Below are positions 38,930 to 52,200 of a stretch of DNA of 64,000 nt, in pieces. The position numbers and the translations under genes are program-made. The DNA comes from Octopus vulgaris. Its lineage: Eukaryota. The stretch's first letter is position 1. The number at the start of each line of letters is the position of its first letter. The notes below the pieces were generated by a model. The model searched no databases. It was not told the origin of the DNA and worked only from the letters and a program-made list of their open reading frames with translations. The stretch is from NCBI GenBank assembly GCA_951406725.2, contig OX597816.1, forward strand, positions 175,832,001-175,896,000, given 5' to 3'.

Positions 38930-39542
38930 CATCTTTTATACCAAGACAAAACAATGTACATGATAATACTTCCAATCAATTAAGATCAGAAGCCACAAGA
39001 GCCACTGTCTGGTACTGCATCAGGGCATTTATCATTATTATTATTGAGTGAGAGAGCAATGCATGCCATGAAAGTGACACTAGGGTACACCAGGTATGTG
39101 CATCACAACCATATGTGCATAGCATGGTGATCTCATATCAAGATAAACAGCATGTGACCTTGCAAGTGGAGCCCTGTTAGAATTTTCTTCAGATCAAGTA
39201 GCCCATCATACTCAAAAGGTTCCCGAATAAAGTTTGTTTAAGGATGATGAACAAAACACCCAAGTTTCCAGAGGTGAATTATTCAAACCCTAAAGAATCC
39301 TTCTCAACCCATGACTATGATGTTCCCCCACTACTGCTTCTGACCAGAGATGCATATATCATCAGACACTAAGGGAAATGTTCAACTGGTTAAGGTCAAG
39401 CAACTGACAAGCAAATCTGTGGTACTGAGCAGAATAATTGCTGCAGTCCATCTTTTACACCAAAACAAAACATGTAAACACTTCCAATCAGTTAAGATCA
39501 GAAACCATGAGAGCCACTGCCTGGTACTGCATTAGGGCATTT
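38930..39542 (-). mobile_element. ~500-nt short retro-type element followed head-to-tail by a partial second copy
   Basis: 38930-39030 repeats 39449-39542; junction is (AAT)n. Confidence 0.6.
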
Positions 39543-39802
39543 CTAACACTGACACAAGAAAACAAATTTTAAAGGAAATGTGTAGTGAATCAATTCCAGT
39601 ATTTGATTGCTACTGATTTTATTGATTCTGCAAGAATGACACGTAAAGTAGACCCTGGCAAGATATAAACTCAGAGGGATGTAATTAAATTCAGCAAGCC
39701 ATTTAATCAGGTACTGTGGCATTTCTGCCATCCTCAAATAATAATGATGAAGGTGATGATAATATAAAACCTGTTCTGATAAAACTAAAAACATGTACCA
39801 AC

Positions 39803-39886
39803 CTCTATAGGAATATCTGTCAGACGGTTGCGGTCTACATTGAGATTGTTCATATTTCCCAATTTCCCAATGGTTATTGGCAGTTC
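39803..39886 (-). CDS. scrib: scribble homolog exon (LRR), ELPITIGKLGNMNNLNVDRNRLTDIPIE
   Basis: 84 nt, ttttcag/gttggt, phase 0-0; NLNVDRN motif. Confidence 0.92.
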
Positions 39887-39954
39887 CTGAAAATGAAGAT
39901 AACCAATATCAGTAGGTGATGTGTATATTGGAGTGTATAAGTATGAAAGAAAGC

Positions 39955-40032
<78 letters not shown>

Positions 40033-40251
40033 TAAGTTGTTTATTTATGTATTTAAAGTAAATATTACACTGTCATTCTTACAATCAAAGAATAACAAAT
40101 CCCAATCATTTTCTTGACTGTTGACTTTAAAAAATATCTAAAATCTTATGTTGAAAGATATTCAAATTGATTCACAGTACAGAAAGTGAGAGCCATTTTG
40201 ACCTTTTCGCCCATTTTTTACTTCATTCTTATTTCATAATTTCATTTTGTA

Positions 40252-40470
40252 TACTCTTTTACTCTCTTTTACTTGTTTCAGTCATTTGACTGCGGCCATG
40301 CTGGAGCACCGCCTTTAGTCGAGAAAATCGACCCCGGGACTTATTCTTTGTAAGCCCAGTACTTATTCTATCGGTCTCTTTTGCCAAACCGCTAAGTGAC
40401 GGGGACGTAAACACACCAGCATCGGTTGTCAAGCAATGCTAGGGGGACAAACACAGACACACAAACACAT

Positions 40471-40509
<39 letters not shown>

Positions 40510-40675
40510 TACGACAGGCTTCTTTCAGTTTCCGTCTACCAAATCCACTCACAAGGCATTGGTCGGCCCAAGGCTATAGTAGAAGACACTTGCCCAAGAT
40601 GCCACGCAGTGGGACTGAACCCGGAACCATGTGGTTGTTTAGCAAGCTACTTACCACACAGTCACTCCTGCGCCT
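40252..40675 (-). mobile_element. SINE family A, young copy
   Basis: Near-identical to 16479-16877 and 54563-54970. Confidence 0.9.
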
Positions 40676-40964
40676 ATTTGTTTTTTTTTGTTATCATAAG
40701 TAAAAAGTTTCAGATAATTAAAATATTTCCATGTTAACTTATAAAGAAAGGCTTTTTAAATAGGTTGACTATGACAAATCGAATAAGGCAATTGGTATAC
40801 CAGTACACAACACTGGTTGCAAGAAAAGTTTAATAACATTGCAGTTAATAGTAACTCTTTAACTTTAGTTATTGTAAGTTTGTCTAAATAAGTTCATCTC
40901 AATATTGTAAGATCATTTAAATAACGAGAGGGATAACAATTTGCTGTGTTGCAGGGGCACTTAC

Positions 40965-41010
40965 AGTCAAGAAATTCTCAGTCAGAATCATTTCTTGGAG
41001 AGATTCACAA
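40965..41010 (-). CDS. scrib: scribble homolog exon (LRR), (N)CESLQEMILTENFLT
   Basis: 46 nt, tttcag/gtaagt, phase 2-0; resembles Scribble CENLxELILTEN. Confidence 0.9.
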
Positions 41011-41160
41011 CTGAAAGAGGAAAAGAAATACAGTGAACATAGTATAAGTATATATAATACATAGATAGTATATACAATAAACTCTTTATTTTTCAATAGT
41101 ATAAATTCTGAAGTGATAACTGAAATTCAACTGAAAAAAATGCTTAAAACTGAATCATAT

Positions 41161-41668
41161 CTTGTAAATAGAGAAACATGGCATACAAAGCACTTGATGG
41201 GCTGGTTAGAAGGAGAAAAATTGAAAGGACAGTATATATAGATACATTGACTGGAGAACAATGGGCAGTGGTGGTGTATTTCATAAATAAATTCAGAGAA
41301 TGATTATAGCATTCAATAACACTGCTGCTTATCAGAATTAAGTATATGGAAAATGGGTAATATTGGCATCATGGGCAAGATGCAAGAGGCAGTTTTTCAT
41401 GTTTAGTTTGGATTGTAGAAGGGTAGTGTTTGGAAGATGTCTACACATAGAGAAATGACTCCAGTTCAACAGAAGCTGACTGTCAAAAAAGTTATTCATT
41501 CAACTTGAAAAATTACTTGTAAATAGAGAAACATGGCATACAAAGTAGTTGATGGGCTGGTTAGGAGAAAAATTGAAAGGACAATATATAGATTCATTGA
41601 CTGGAGAACAATGGGCAGTGGTGGTGTATTTCATAAATAAATTCAGAGAATGATTATAGCATTCAATA
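41161..41668 (+). repeat. ~155-bp direct duplication (41161-41318 and 41516-41668) inside the 710-nt intron
   Basis: CTTGTAAATAGAGAAACATGG...GATTATAGCATTCAATA occurs twice. Confidence 0.9.
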
Positions 41669-41720
41669 GTTGACGTATATCTAAGTAAAATTTTGAACAG
41701 AAACGAATTGATGAACTTAC

Positions 41721-41793
41721 TTTCCTATCTGTGCAGTTAATGTTGCAAGTCTGTTCTGGTCACATTTCAGAATTGACAGCTTCTTTAAGAAAC
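41721..41793 (-). CDS. scrib: scribble homolog exon (LRR), (G)FLKKLSILKCDQNRLATLTAQIG
   Basis: 73 nt, tttcag/gtaagt, phase 1-2; resembles Scribble LSILKVDQNRL. Confidence 0.92.
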
Positions 41794-42446
41794 CTGAAAC
41801 AGAAAATATCAATGAATGTAAATAAAAATATGTACAAAATATTACATAGAGTTAAAATGATTTAAAACAAAAAACATGCATAAAGATATTTAGCAGGAGG
41901 ATGTGGAACGCAACAAAAATATTAGTTCTCTAGAAAAGAAAAGTTAAAGAAAGCAGCAAGATTTCAAAAATAGTTGCTGAACACATTAGTCATCAGGTAG
42001 AACAAAATAACTGGCATAGAAAAATTACAGGTGCCTTATCTAAAACATGTTTTTAAATATATAATGGAATATCATTCAAAATCTTTTATTACAAAATCAA
42101 GCTTATCAAGTTAATTAAGCTAACAAAAATATGTGTATATTTAACTTTAAAAAACATTGTTGGAAGATTTTACTGGTTTATGCTTGCTACCAGTCAGAAG
42201 AAATAAGAAAAATGAAAGAGTAAAACACAGCCAACAAGAATGTACCTCATTTCAGTTTCAACCGGTTATCACTATCAATAAGCCTAGAGTCAGCTTCTTT
42301 AAAAAGCCTTTCTTTAAAAATTAACATGGAAATCTTTTAATTTTCTGAAGTTTTTCACTTGTGAAAACAAAAACACTGTCAGTAATGACTGATGCATACT
42401 ATAATTTCTTTCCATTAATAATAATGGAACATATTTTATACCACTG

Positions 42447-43150
42447 TATGAAGTGGTATCAAAAAGTTCCCAGACTAGTTATATTTAATAAAAAAATAAC
42501 TTATTTACGTAAGTTTTAACATCATCTCCTTTGAAATAGTGACTTTGTGCTACAATACAGCAGTCCCAGCATTCTCACCACTTTTGGAATCCGGCCTGGA
42601 AATTGTTTTCCATGAGTTGAGGATCTTCTGCGATTCGCTCTGAATCTCAACAATGGTATTAAAATGGGAACCTCTAAGCAAACTTTCCATCTCGAGGAAA
42701 AGATGGAAGTCGGCAGGTGCTAAATCTGGTGAATAGAGAGGATGCAGAAGCAATATCATGTCACTTTTGGTGAGAAACTCACAAGTGAGGAGAGTTTGGT
42801 GACAGGGTGTATTGTTATCATGAAAAATCCTTTTCTTCATGCTCCACAGATCTGGTTGCTTCCGCCGAATGTCCTCCCTCAAACATTTCAAAAGATTGCA
42901 GTAGAACTCTCAATTGACAGTCTGGCCCTGGGAAACAAATTCTTGATGCACAATACCATGGATATCAAAAAAACAATGAGCATGTTCTTGACTGAGCTGC
43001 AGCTCAATGGAGATGAAGCACCCTTCCATTGTGATGACTGGTGCTTCATCTCAGGACCCTCGACATGAAGAATGAGTCATCAACAACACATTGAAAAAGA
43101 CCTTGACAGACTCAACACGTTGTTCTTTCTGCTCAGTGGTCAGCAGGTGG
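42447..43150 (-). mobile_element. mariner transposase fragment
   Basis: HDNNTPCH and YSPDLAPADFHLF motifs. Confidence 0.8.
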
Positions 43151-43159
43151 GGGGACAAA

Positions 43160-43177
43160 CCGTCGTATATATGTATG

Positions 43178-43227
<50 letters not shown>

Positions 43228-43437
43228 TGTGTTTGTGTGTCTGTGTTTGTCCCTCTAGCATTGCTTGACAACCGATGCTGGTGTGTTTATGTCCCCGTTA
43301 CTTAGCGGTTCGGCAAAAGAGACCGATAGAATAAGTACTGGGCTTACAAAAGAATAAGTCCCGGGGTCGAGTTGCTCAATTAAAGGCGGTGCTCCAGCAT
43401 GGCCACAGTCATATGACTGAAACAAGTAAAAGAGTAA
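43160..43437 (+). mobile_element. SINE family A, 3' half, opposite orientation to the other copies
   Basis: Reverse complement of 40252-40515. Confidence 0.9.
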
Positions 43438-44099
43438 ACATCAGTGATTTGTCTTCAGATGAAGATGTTGATAACGAAAGTGATGAGAATGACAATATTC
43501 AAAACATTACAGCAACATGATTGAAAATTACATCCACCACAATTCCAGATTTTACAAAAAAGACTGGTCCACAACACAATCTTCCTCCTGATCCTCAACC
43601 ATTGGACTATGTTACTTTTACTGGAAAGGTTTTTTTGAAACCGTTGTGGAGAAAACAATATATATATATATGGGTAATTAGCACCAAATGAGTTTGTGTT
43701 TGTTTCATCAACAATGTTTCTATCTAGATATTAACCCCATGACAATGGTTTCTTTTTATCAAGCAACTAAGTTGCATTGACAGTAATCATCTCGGCTGAG
43801 ATCAGCAATTAGCGTACAATGGTTTGTCATATTTACATCAACCACTTTAACAAGTTTACAGTGGTGATTCTTTCCATTGCCTGCAAGTGGCAATGGTAAT
43901 CGCACCCATTTGAGGTCAGCCCTCAGTGTATGATAACGTTTGGTGTATATTTACATCAACCGCTTTAGTGCAAGTACTGTTTATTTGCCTAAACTATATC
44001 TCTGTGCAGGACACTCATGCAATACTATTCCTGAATAAGATCACCCGACAGCATAAGTCAGATTAACTTCATGTATTTACAATCACATGAATTCAAAAA

Positions 44100-45760
44100 C
44101 TAACTTTAGAGTTTAAAACAGAGTGTCACACACACAATGGCATATCACATTGTGAACAATGGTATCTAGTTTCATTATGTTTCCATTTTGCTTTACATAT
44201 TGTGCATCTCTTTGAAGCATTTATCTTCTTAGCAGTGGGTGGAAACAGTTGTGGAAATGTCCATGTCCCTTCACCATGCAGTGAGGACAGAGTTCAGCAT
44301 TGGGATGTCCATGTGTTCCGTACTTTGGCAGGTCTGATGCTTCTTTCATTTCATGGAACTATAGATTCCTGAATGTCAATCCATCCTCCACATCACTAAG
44401 TATCTGCCAAATCAAATGTGAGTTCATAACACACATGTCAACTATATATAAGAAAATTTTTTTGTACCATTTCACAAACTTTCTCACCAATTTGTGTGTC
44501 ATCGCCAGTTGACCTGAGTAATTGACCCCACCCATCCCTTCATTGTATGAAACAATTACACTTGGTTTCATTATGGCATTACTGTCCATATCTTGTTTCC
44601 TAGTGTCCTTCAGGCTTGCAGAATGTATTGTGGGTAACATGCAGACACTTTTCTTGTCATGCCACACTAGAGCAAGAATGCTACTATCGGTACATCACTA
44701 TGCTGTTTCCTCCTTTCAAAGTTTTATCTTGTGAAGATCAGGCAGCATATTTTTACTGTGCATCCTCACAGTTCCACAGGCATTGGTCCTCCTTGCCTGC
44801 AGCTGCAGGAAGAGGTTTGGACTGGAAAATCAGTTGTTCATATAAATATTGTAGCCTTTGTCAAACAAGTTTTCATTCAGCAACAACACGGCATCAGTTG
44901 AAGCTAGAGTAGACGCTGGAAGATTCAATCTGTCCTGACAAGTGTAGATTTTGTAATTTCATGAGTACCCACAGGCTCTACTAATTGACTGATATACTTT
45001 ATAAACCTTGACTCCAAAGCAGGCACATTTGGTCAGGTTGTATTGTTTGAATCGGAGCCTTCCCTTGAATTTCCACAAACTCTCATCCATAAAAATGTCC
45101 TGTGTGGGGACATACACCATTCTGAAATTTTCAGCCACTTCGTCAACGATAAGACATATTTTGTGCTGCCTGTCATCCTGGTTCTCTCCTGAGTTGAAAT
45201 GTAGATTTTGAAGAAGCACCAGAAATCGATCACATGGCATCATTTCTAGAAAGAAAGGCGCCAACATGGCTGGATCCCAATCCCAATATGATACGAGAGT
45301 CAGTTTCTTGATGATGCCCATCAGTATCAGGAGGGCAAGCAGAACTTTGATTTTGCCCCCAATGGTTGGAAACCAATCACCACCATGCCCAGGTCTGACA
45401 TGCTGGGAATGGTTTTCAGCATAGTCATTTGTTTCATCCACTATATACTGAAACCATTTCATCCGTCAAAAGTTAGTGGAAGATTTCCAATGGTGAACTT
45501 CCATATTCAAGGTTTGCCTTTATGCCAGGCATATCAGTAAATCCATACCATAAGATGAAATTGTCTCTTGCATGCCACACAACATTCAGTTGTCCAAGGC
45601 CATTCACTGCTGCCCGCCTGTACCTTTGATTCATCAGTATATCATCATTGCTATTGGAATCATCTGATTCTGAACTAGGAAAATACTTTAGTCCGTTTGG
45701 CTACTCGCCTTCGGCTTCTTGTCCTTTGGCAAAAGTGCATTCGGCATCCTGTCCACACAT
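44100..45760 (-). mobile_element. Decayed piggyBac (PGBD4-like) transposase
   Basis: DESLWKFKGRLRFKQY, WHDKKSVCML, YNEGMGGV and KWYKKIF motifs; C-terminal Cys-rich remnant. Confidence 0.85.
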
Positions 45761-46773
45761 GTTAAAATAAGCCAGTTAAACCTCATTAAAAAAAATTAGA
45801 ACATAAATTACCAAGATTTGGCACCGTAAATTGTTTACTTTAACAAAAGATTTCTACAGGAGAGTTACAGCTGAATCAACAACACTGGTAACTAAGATTT
45901 CCTCAATCCTAGAAATATACTATTCAAAGTAATATTTATGTCACAATAGCCTAATCCACCTACCTCTTTCTAATACCTAAAAAAGGTATTATCATGAGGT
46001 AGGAGCGAGTCATTAAGTATTTGATAAAGCTTTTGTTATATTGCAGATTGAGTATATTTTCTCATGGACCTCAGAAATGACTTAAGTACACCACTCTAGT
46101 ATTTTTTGGTATATGAAAAAATATATATGCACAATTCAGTTTCTGTAGACTTGTACTTTAGTCAGGTTGTATTGAGATATTACTTTATTATAACAAGTAA
46201 ATTGTAATATTTTCTACTCAATAAGAATTTGTATGATTTACCATATGAAAAAGCTGATGACAAATCTATCAATAACAAGTTCTATTTAACAGCATTTCTC
46301 TTGATGAAAGTTCATAACTAATATATATTCCAAAGGCAATTAATGATTTCCTGAATTATTGTCTAATACAAGTAAATCAATACCACAAGTTAAAATTTGT
46401 TGATGTAACAGAGTGAAAATGTAGAAGGAAAACATCTTAGTATTTCACAAATTTAGCATTTCTACCATCGTCATTTTATAGAAAGAATTCCTGTATTCCC
46501 ATCTCCCCATAAAAAAATCTAAAATGTACTTTTCCTGACCTCATATATACTTCATGCTTGTACTAGTGAATTACTCCATCTAAACAGTATTTTATCTTCT
46601 GATTGAATAAATTGATCTGCTTTGAAAGCATGCCTCTTTCCTTTACACATATTTGTGAATAAATAAGCTAATGCTGTAAAGTAGAAAGCTTGAGATCCAA
46701 TCAACATACTTGGTACCATCTATTTTGGTTGAATGGGTACTGGAGAGGAAAGTAATCTTTTGTAACATATATA

Positions 46774-48020
46774 CAGGGGTTGGACAAAATAATGGAAACA
46801 CCTTAAAATTTCAAACAAATTAATTTTAATATGGGGTAGGACTGCCTTTGGCAGTAATTACAGCTTGAATTTTACGAGGTATGGACTCGTACAAAGTTTC
46901 AATTGTTTCCAAAGGAATTTTTGTCCATTCTTCAGCTAAAACAGCCTCCAGTTCTTGTAGTGATGATGGTAGAGGATACCAACTCATTACTTCTTTTTCT
47001 GAAATGCACCATAAATGTTCAATGATATTGAGATCTGGGGACTGTGGTGGCCAGATAAGATGTTCATCTTCACTAGACTGTTCCTCGTGCCATTCAGTAA
47101 CAATGTTAGCTGTATGAATTGGTGCATTATCATCCTGAAAGTTTGAGTTTCCCTCCAGAAACAGTTCGCAACCATAGGAATGAATTTGATCGGATAAAAT
47201 GCTTAAATAGTCTTGACTATTAATTCTGCCATGAAGGGAAACCATTGGGCTGGCAGATTTCCAAGATATAGCTCCCCAGATCCTCACAGATCCTTCTCTA
47301 TGCTTAACAGTTGGAAGAAGGCAGTCTGAGTCAAATGCTTCTTTTGGCTGTCTCCACACATATACTCAGCTGGTGGTTGGAAAGAAGGTAAAGGATGACT
47401 CGTCCAAGAAAATCATTCTGTAGGTTTTTACTCCACTGTAAATGCTTTGCAATGTTTGTTTTTGAATGTAGTGGTTTTCTGATTGCAGCCCTTCCATGAA
47501 ATCCCGCTTTGTGCAGCTCCTGGTGAACAAATTTTGTGGAAACTGGGGTCTTGAGGTGGTAATTAGGCTCCGCAATAATTTTGGGAGCTGTACTTTTGTG
47601 ATCCTTTCTAACAATTGGTGTAAGAGTCTGGCGGTCCCTATCTGAAAGTTTGGGTTTTCTTTTGGAGTTTTGTTTTGATGAGGAGGTTTTTCCCTCTTTC
47701 TCAAAGGCTGTCATTACTTTTGAGACAGTACTTCTTGATACACCAAACATTTCGGCTGTTTTCGTTATGCTAGTGCCTACCATACAAACACCAACAATTT
47801 GACCTCTTTGAAAGTCTGACGGATCTGTCATTTTAATGAATTTTGATTACCTTTTACTGACGATATCGGAAAAGAAACAGCAATTTTAGCAAAACATATT
47901 AAGCAACACTAATAATAAATCAAAAAACATAAAAATAAACAAGCTTTTGATGATTTTATGGATATTTCAAAATTATGATGCTCTGATGCTAGGTGTTTCC
48001 ATCATTTAGTCCAACCCCTG
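46774..48020 (-). mobile_element. Near full-length Tc1-like transposon (DD36E spacing), transposase frameshifted
   Basis: ~30-bp TIRs CAGGGGTTGGAC...TGGAAACACCT, TA on both flanks; HTH ORF 47331..47831; DESSF, QDDNAPIH and SPDLNIIE motifs. Confidence 0.92.
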
Positions 48021-48242
48021 TATATGTGTATATATATATATTTGTGTATGTATGTGTCTGTTGGGGTGGAAGAAGCTATGGGAGCTAAAAGACAAATTGT
48101 ATGAAACATGTGTAAGGATTGTCATGTTGTATGATATAGTGATATGAGTATTGAATACTAACCGATACATTTCTTTCTAGAAACTGGAGAGAAATGTGTC
48201 AAATTGCATGAATGGCCCCCCCAAAAAAGTAGTCTGTAAAAA

Positions 48243-48277
<35 letters not shown>

Positions 48278-48659
48278 AAGAGAGAGGGGGGAGACTGAGT
48301 TTTGAAGGGATTGAGGTCTTTGCAAGAGAAACAACTAAGCTGGTATGAATACATGGTGCAAAGAGAGTCTGAATGCTAATATTTGATGGTGCAACATGTG
48401 TTTTCTTCAGATCACAAATAAGGCTGAGTAAGACATGAGCAAATTGATGAGATCAGATCTCACAAACAAGTCAATGCAGGATTAAAGCAAGAAGCAATAT
48501 GCTGTATAGAAGAGCTGCTGCAATTGATATTAAAAAGATGTCCTAGGTTAAGGCATGAAGGTTATAATCTTTCATCAACTATAAAAGCAAGAGGACTAAT
48601 GATTCTGTAATGAATAATTTTGATCATGAAGTATTAAAAACAACTAGCTATTTATTGGG

Positions 48660-48966
48660 AAGGCATGTGGCTTAGTGGTTGGGGTATTCAGTTCACTGTG
48701 GTAAAGTCAGGAGTTCAATTCCCGGCGACATGTGAGACTTTATTTTCACATTGCTCGAGTCCATCAGCTGGCGAAAATGAGTAATACCTGTATTTCAAAG
48801 GGCCAGCCTTGTCATACTCTGTGTCATGCTGAATCTCCCTGAGAACTACGTTAAGGATACACATATCCATGGAGTGCTCAACCACTTGCACGTTAATTTC
48901 ATGAGCAGGCTGTTCTGTTGATCATATCATCTGGGACCCTAGTTGTTGTAACCAATGGAGTCTTCC
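48660..48966 (+). mobile_element. tRNA-derived SINE (family C body, alternative head)
   Basis: TGGCTTAGTGG A box, GAGTTCAATTCC B box; 48786-48966 matches the reverse complement of 53710-53891. Confidence 0.8.
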
Positions 48967-49004
48967 TATTACTGTTGTATAAATATTATGTAAGTAAATA
49001 TATA

Positions 49005-49209
49005 TACTCTTTACTCGTTTCAGTCATTTGACTGCGGCCATGCGAGCATTTTAGTCGAGCAAATCGACCCCGGGACTTATTCTCTGTAAGCCCAGTACTT
49101 ATTCTATCGGTCTGTTTTGCCGAACCGCTAAGTGACGGGGACGTAAACACACCAGCTTCGGTTGTCAAGCAATGGTGGGGGGACAAACACAGACACACAA
49201 ACACACACA

Positions 49210-49257
<48 letters not shown>

Positions 49258-49413
49258 TATATACGACAGGCTTCTTTCAGTTTCTGTCTACCAAATCCAC
49301 TCACAAGGCATTGGTCGGCCCGGGGCTACAGCAGAAGACACTTGCCCAAGATGCCACGCAGTGGGACTGAATCCGGAACCATGTGGTTGGTTAGCAAGCT
49401 ACTTACCACACAG
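49005..49413 (-). mobile_element. SINE family A
   Basis: Homology to the other copies; head slightly truncated. Confidence 0.9.
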
Positions 49414-49812
49414 CATGTATCTTTAGTTTTCTTTTTTGTTCCTACAAAACATTTTCAGGGCACAAATGTATTACAGTACAATAATTCATTGTTATTCATC
49501 AGCACCAAATTACAAGGAGGTGGTCGAAGGGGGACATGTTATGGTCTTGAATTAGATTAACACACATTTCTCCTTAATGATTTCTAATTCAAGTCCTTTC
49601 ACTCTATATATATTACTAACATTTAAAATCTCAAGCCTAATTTACTGTGGGATAGTAAAAACAGCAGTGTTTTATGGTATTTAGTTATGACCTTTTATGT
49701 ACTGAGGATTGATTCAATTGATTTATGCTTGTTCCTTACAAACCTTTGATCATGCCAACGAAAGATATTCTTCTCGTTATCATCATCATCATTATATGTA
49801 ACCATGTTATTA

Positions 49813-49989
<177 letters not shown>

Positions 49990-50229
49990 TCAATCAGTAC
50001 AAACACACACACACGCACATATATAGAAAAACTATTTACAGAAATTGGAAAAGAGCTGATTAGTCATGCACATACAGACTACAGTTGAAAGGGGAATATC
50101 TACTCATGCTTACATAGCTCAAGCATCTACACACATGAACGCTATATGAAAAGAACATTGCAACATTTAGGAAATCTGAAAAAATTTACCAAATCTAGAC
50201 AATTGCAAATAAATGAACATCAAGCTTAT

Positions 50230-50745
50230 CAGAAGCCTTCTTGCCTCTCCTTTGGTGACCACCTCACTCCATCCACCAATGGAGTCCAACAGGGCGACCC
50301 ACTTGGACCTGCACTATTTGCACCAGATATTGATGATGTTACCAAGATGGGAGCTAACTTACACTTGAATGTCTGGTATCTTGATGATGCTTGTTTGGAA
50401 GGCCCACCTGATAAGGTCCTTACAACTGTGAGGATGATGACTGAAGAACTTGGTTATAGGGGCTTTAGAGTTAACAGTTCTAAATGCAAGTTCTGACTCT
50501 TCAACCACCCAGCTTTACATCATCAGACTGTAAACCTGTTTATAGACTTCTTCCCCTCAACTGCAGTTCCTCCTTCATCAGCATGGTGATCTCTTGGAGC
50601 TCCAGTTACTGACTGAGCTTTTGAATCCATCTTTTGGTCCAAAATGGCTAATCTGAGCAACTTTTAAAAAATCTTGAGGTAACCAAGTCTCACCAAGGTA
50701 TTTTTATACTTAGGAATTACTTGACACTTCCTAAGTTATTGTACT
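50230..50745 (+). mobile_element. CRE-like RT fragment
   Basis: GVQQGDPLGPALF and WYLDD motifs. Confidence 0.6.
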
Positions 50746-52200
50746 GTGGGCCATTGCTGGCAAAATGCTAGTGAAAATTATTCTCAACCACTTGGAAAAC
50801 ATCTCAGAGAAGGTCTTACCAGAGAGTCACTGTGGCTTCATGCCAGGGAGATCAACTACAGACATTCTACAGGAGAAAACAGCAGAGCAACACTAACCCT
50901 TCTTCATATTGTTTGTGGACTTTTCTAAGCCATTTGACATGGTGGACTAAGAAACTCTTTGGAAAGTGATGGGGACTTATAGATGCCCTGAGAAGCTTGT
51001 TAACATTATCGAGTAGTTCCACACAGGAATGAAATGGTTAGTTTCAGTTAGTGGAGAATTTAAGGAAGCATCTGCAGTCAACCATGGTGTGAACCAGTCA
51101 ACCATTCTTGCTTTGCACTCTTCTCTCTTTGCTTCACAGCTGTGCATGACACCATGAGGAGCAATCTGCACAAAGGGGCTTTCACCTGCATCAGAACAGA
51201 TGGGAAACTTTTCAACTTGGGTGTCTTCATGCCTCCACTAAAATCAGAGAAATATATGTTAGAGAGTTGTTCTATGCAGATGACCCAGCACTCATGGCCA
51301 ACAACATTGAGGACTTGCAACCGAAGACATGCTTGGTCTCAAGATCAACACTTTGAGTACTGGATTGCTCTACCAGCTCTCACAAAGATGTTTGACTAGA
51401 TCAAGAGAGCCTGAGCCAGTGACAATACATGGAGAGCCCCTGAAGTAATCTAAGGCCTTTTCCTATTTCTGTAGTGCAGTAACTTGTACTAAATCTTCTG
51501 ATTTTGAAGTTGAGAGGTAAATACAGTCTGCCACAAAGGCCTTTGGCTCTCTTGAGAAGTATCTATGGATGATGCCATGACATTGCCCAAAACAAATAAG
51601 AGCCCCCTTGCCTCCTCTACACCACAGAATGCATGACCCTCGACCACAGGAATATCAAGGCCATGACACAAGTCCAATTTTATCATTCATGCTCTTTCTT
51701 GCATATCAGATGCCAGGATCGCATTCCTGATGTAGAGGTCCTGTGGTGCACTGGCACAGTTAGTGTGGAGGTCCTCAATCCTCATTGCATTGCAGCTGAG
51801 CTAGGTGGGACATATTTGCAGGATGGACAGTGCCAAGCTCTCAAAACCAGTTTTCTATGCTTAACTGTGTCAAGACAGGAGGAGCCATGGTGGCCAGAGG
51901 CTGCAATACCGAGATGTCCTGAAGTAACATATGAAGAACTTCAGCATCTCCCCAGACCCCTGGGAATAGGAAGACCAGTAGCATGATAATGGCACCAATC
52001 AGTGAAATTCATAATTACATCCATTGAGGAGAAACAACAGAGACAATATAAAAGAGCACATGACAGCATCATTTCTCCACTGTGTTAAGTAACTTCACCT
52101 ACAGCAGATGTCATTGCAACTGAAGATCAAAAGCAGGCCCACATACAAGCCTGCCAGAAATGATTTCTGAACAAGAACAGTTGGCACCAATCTACAACAA
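50745..52200 (+). mobile_element. Decayed RTE (BovB-like) LINE
   Basis: ESLWLH (QCGF-like), FVDFSKPFD, LFYADD and RIPDVEVL remnants. Confidence 0.6.
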
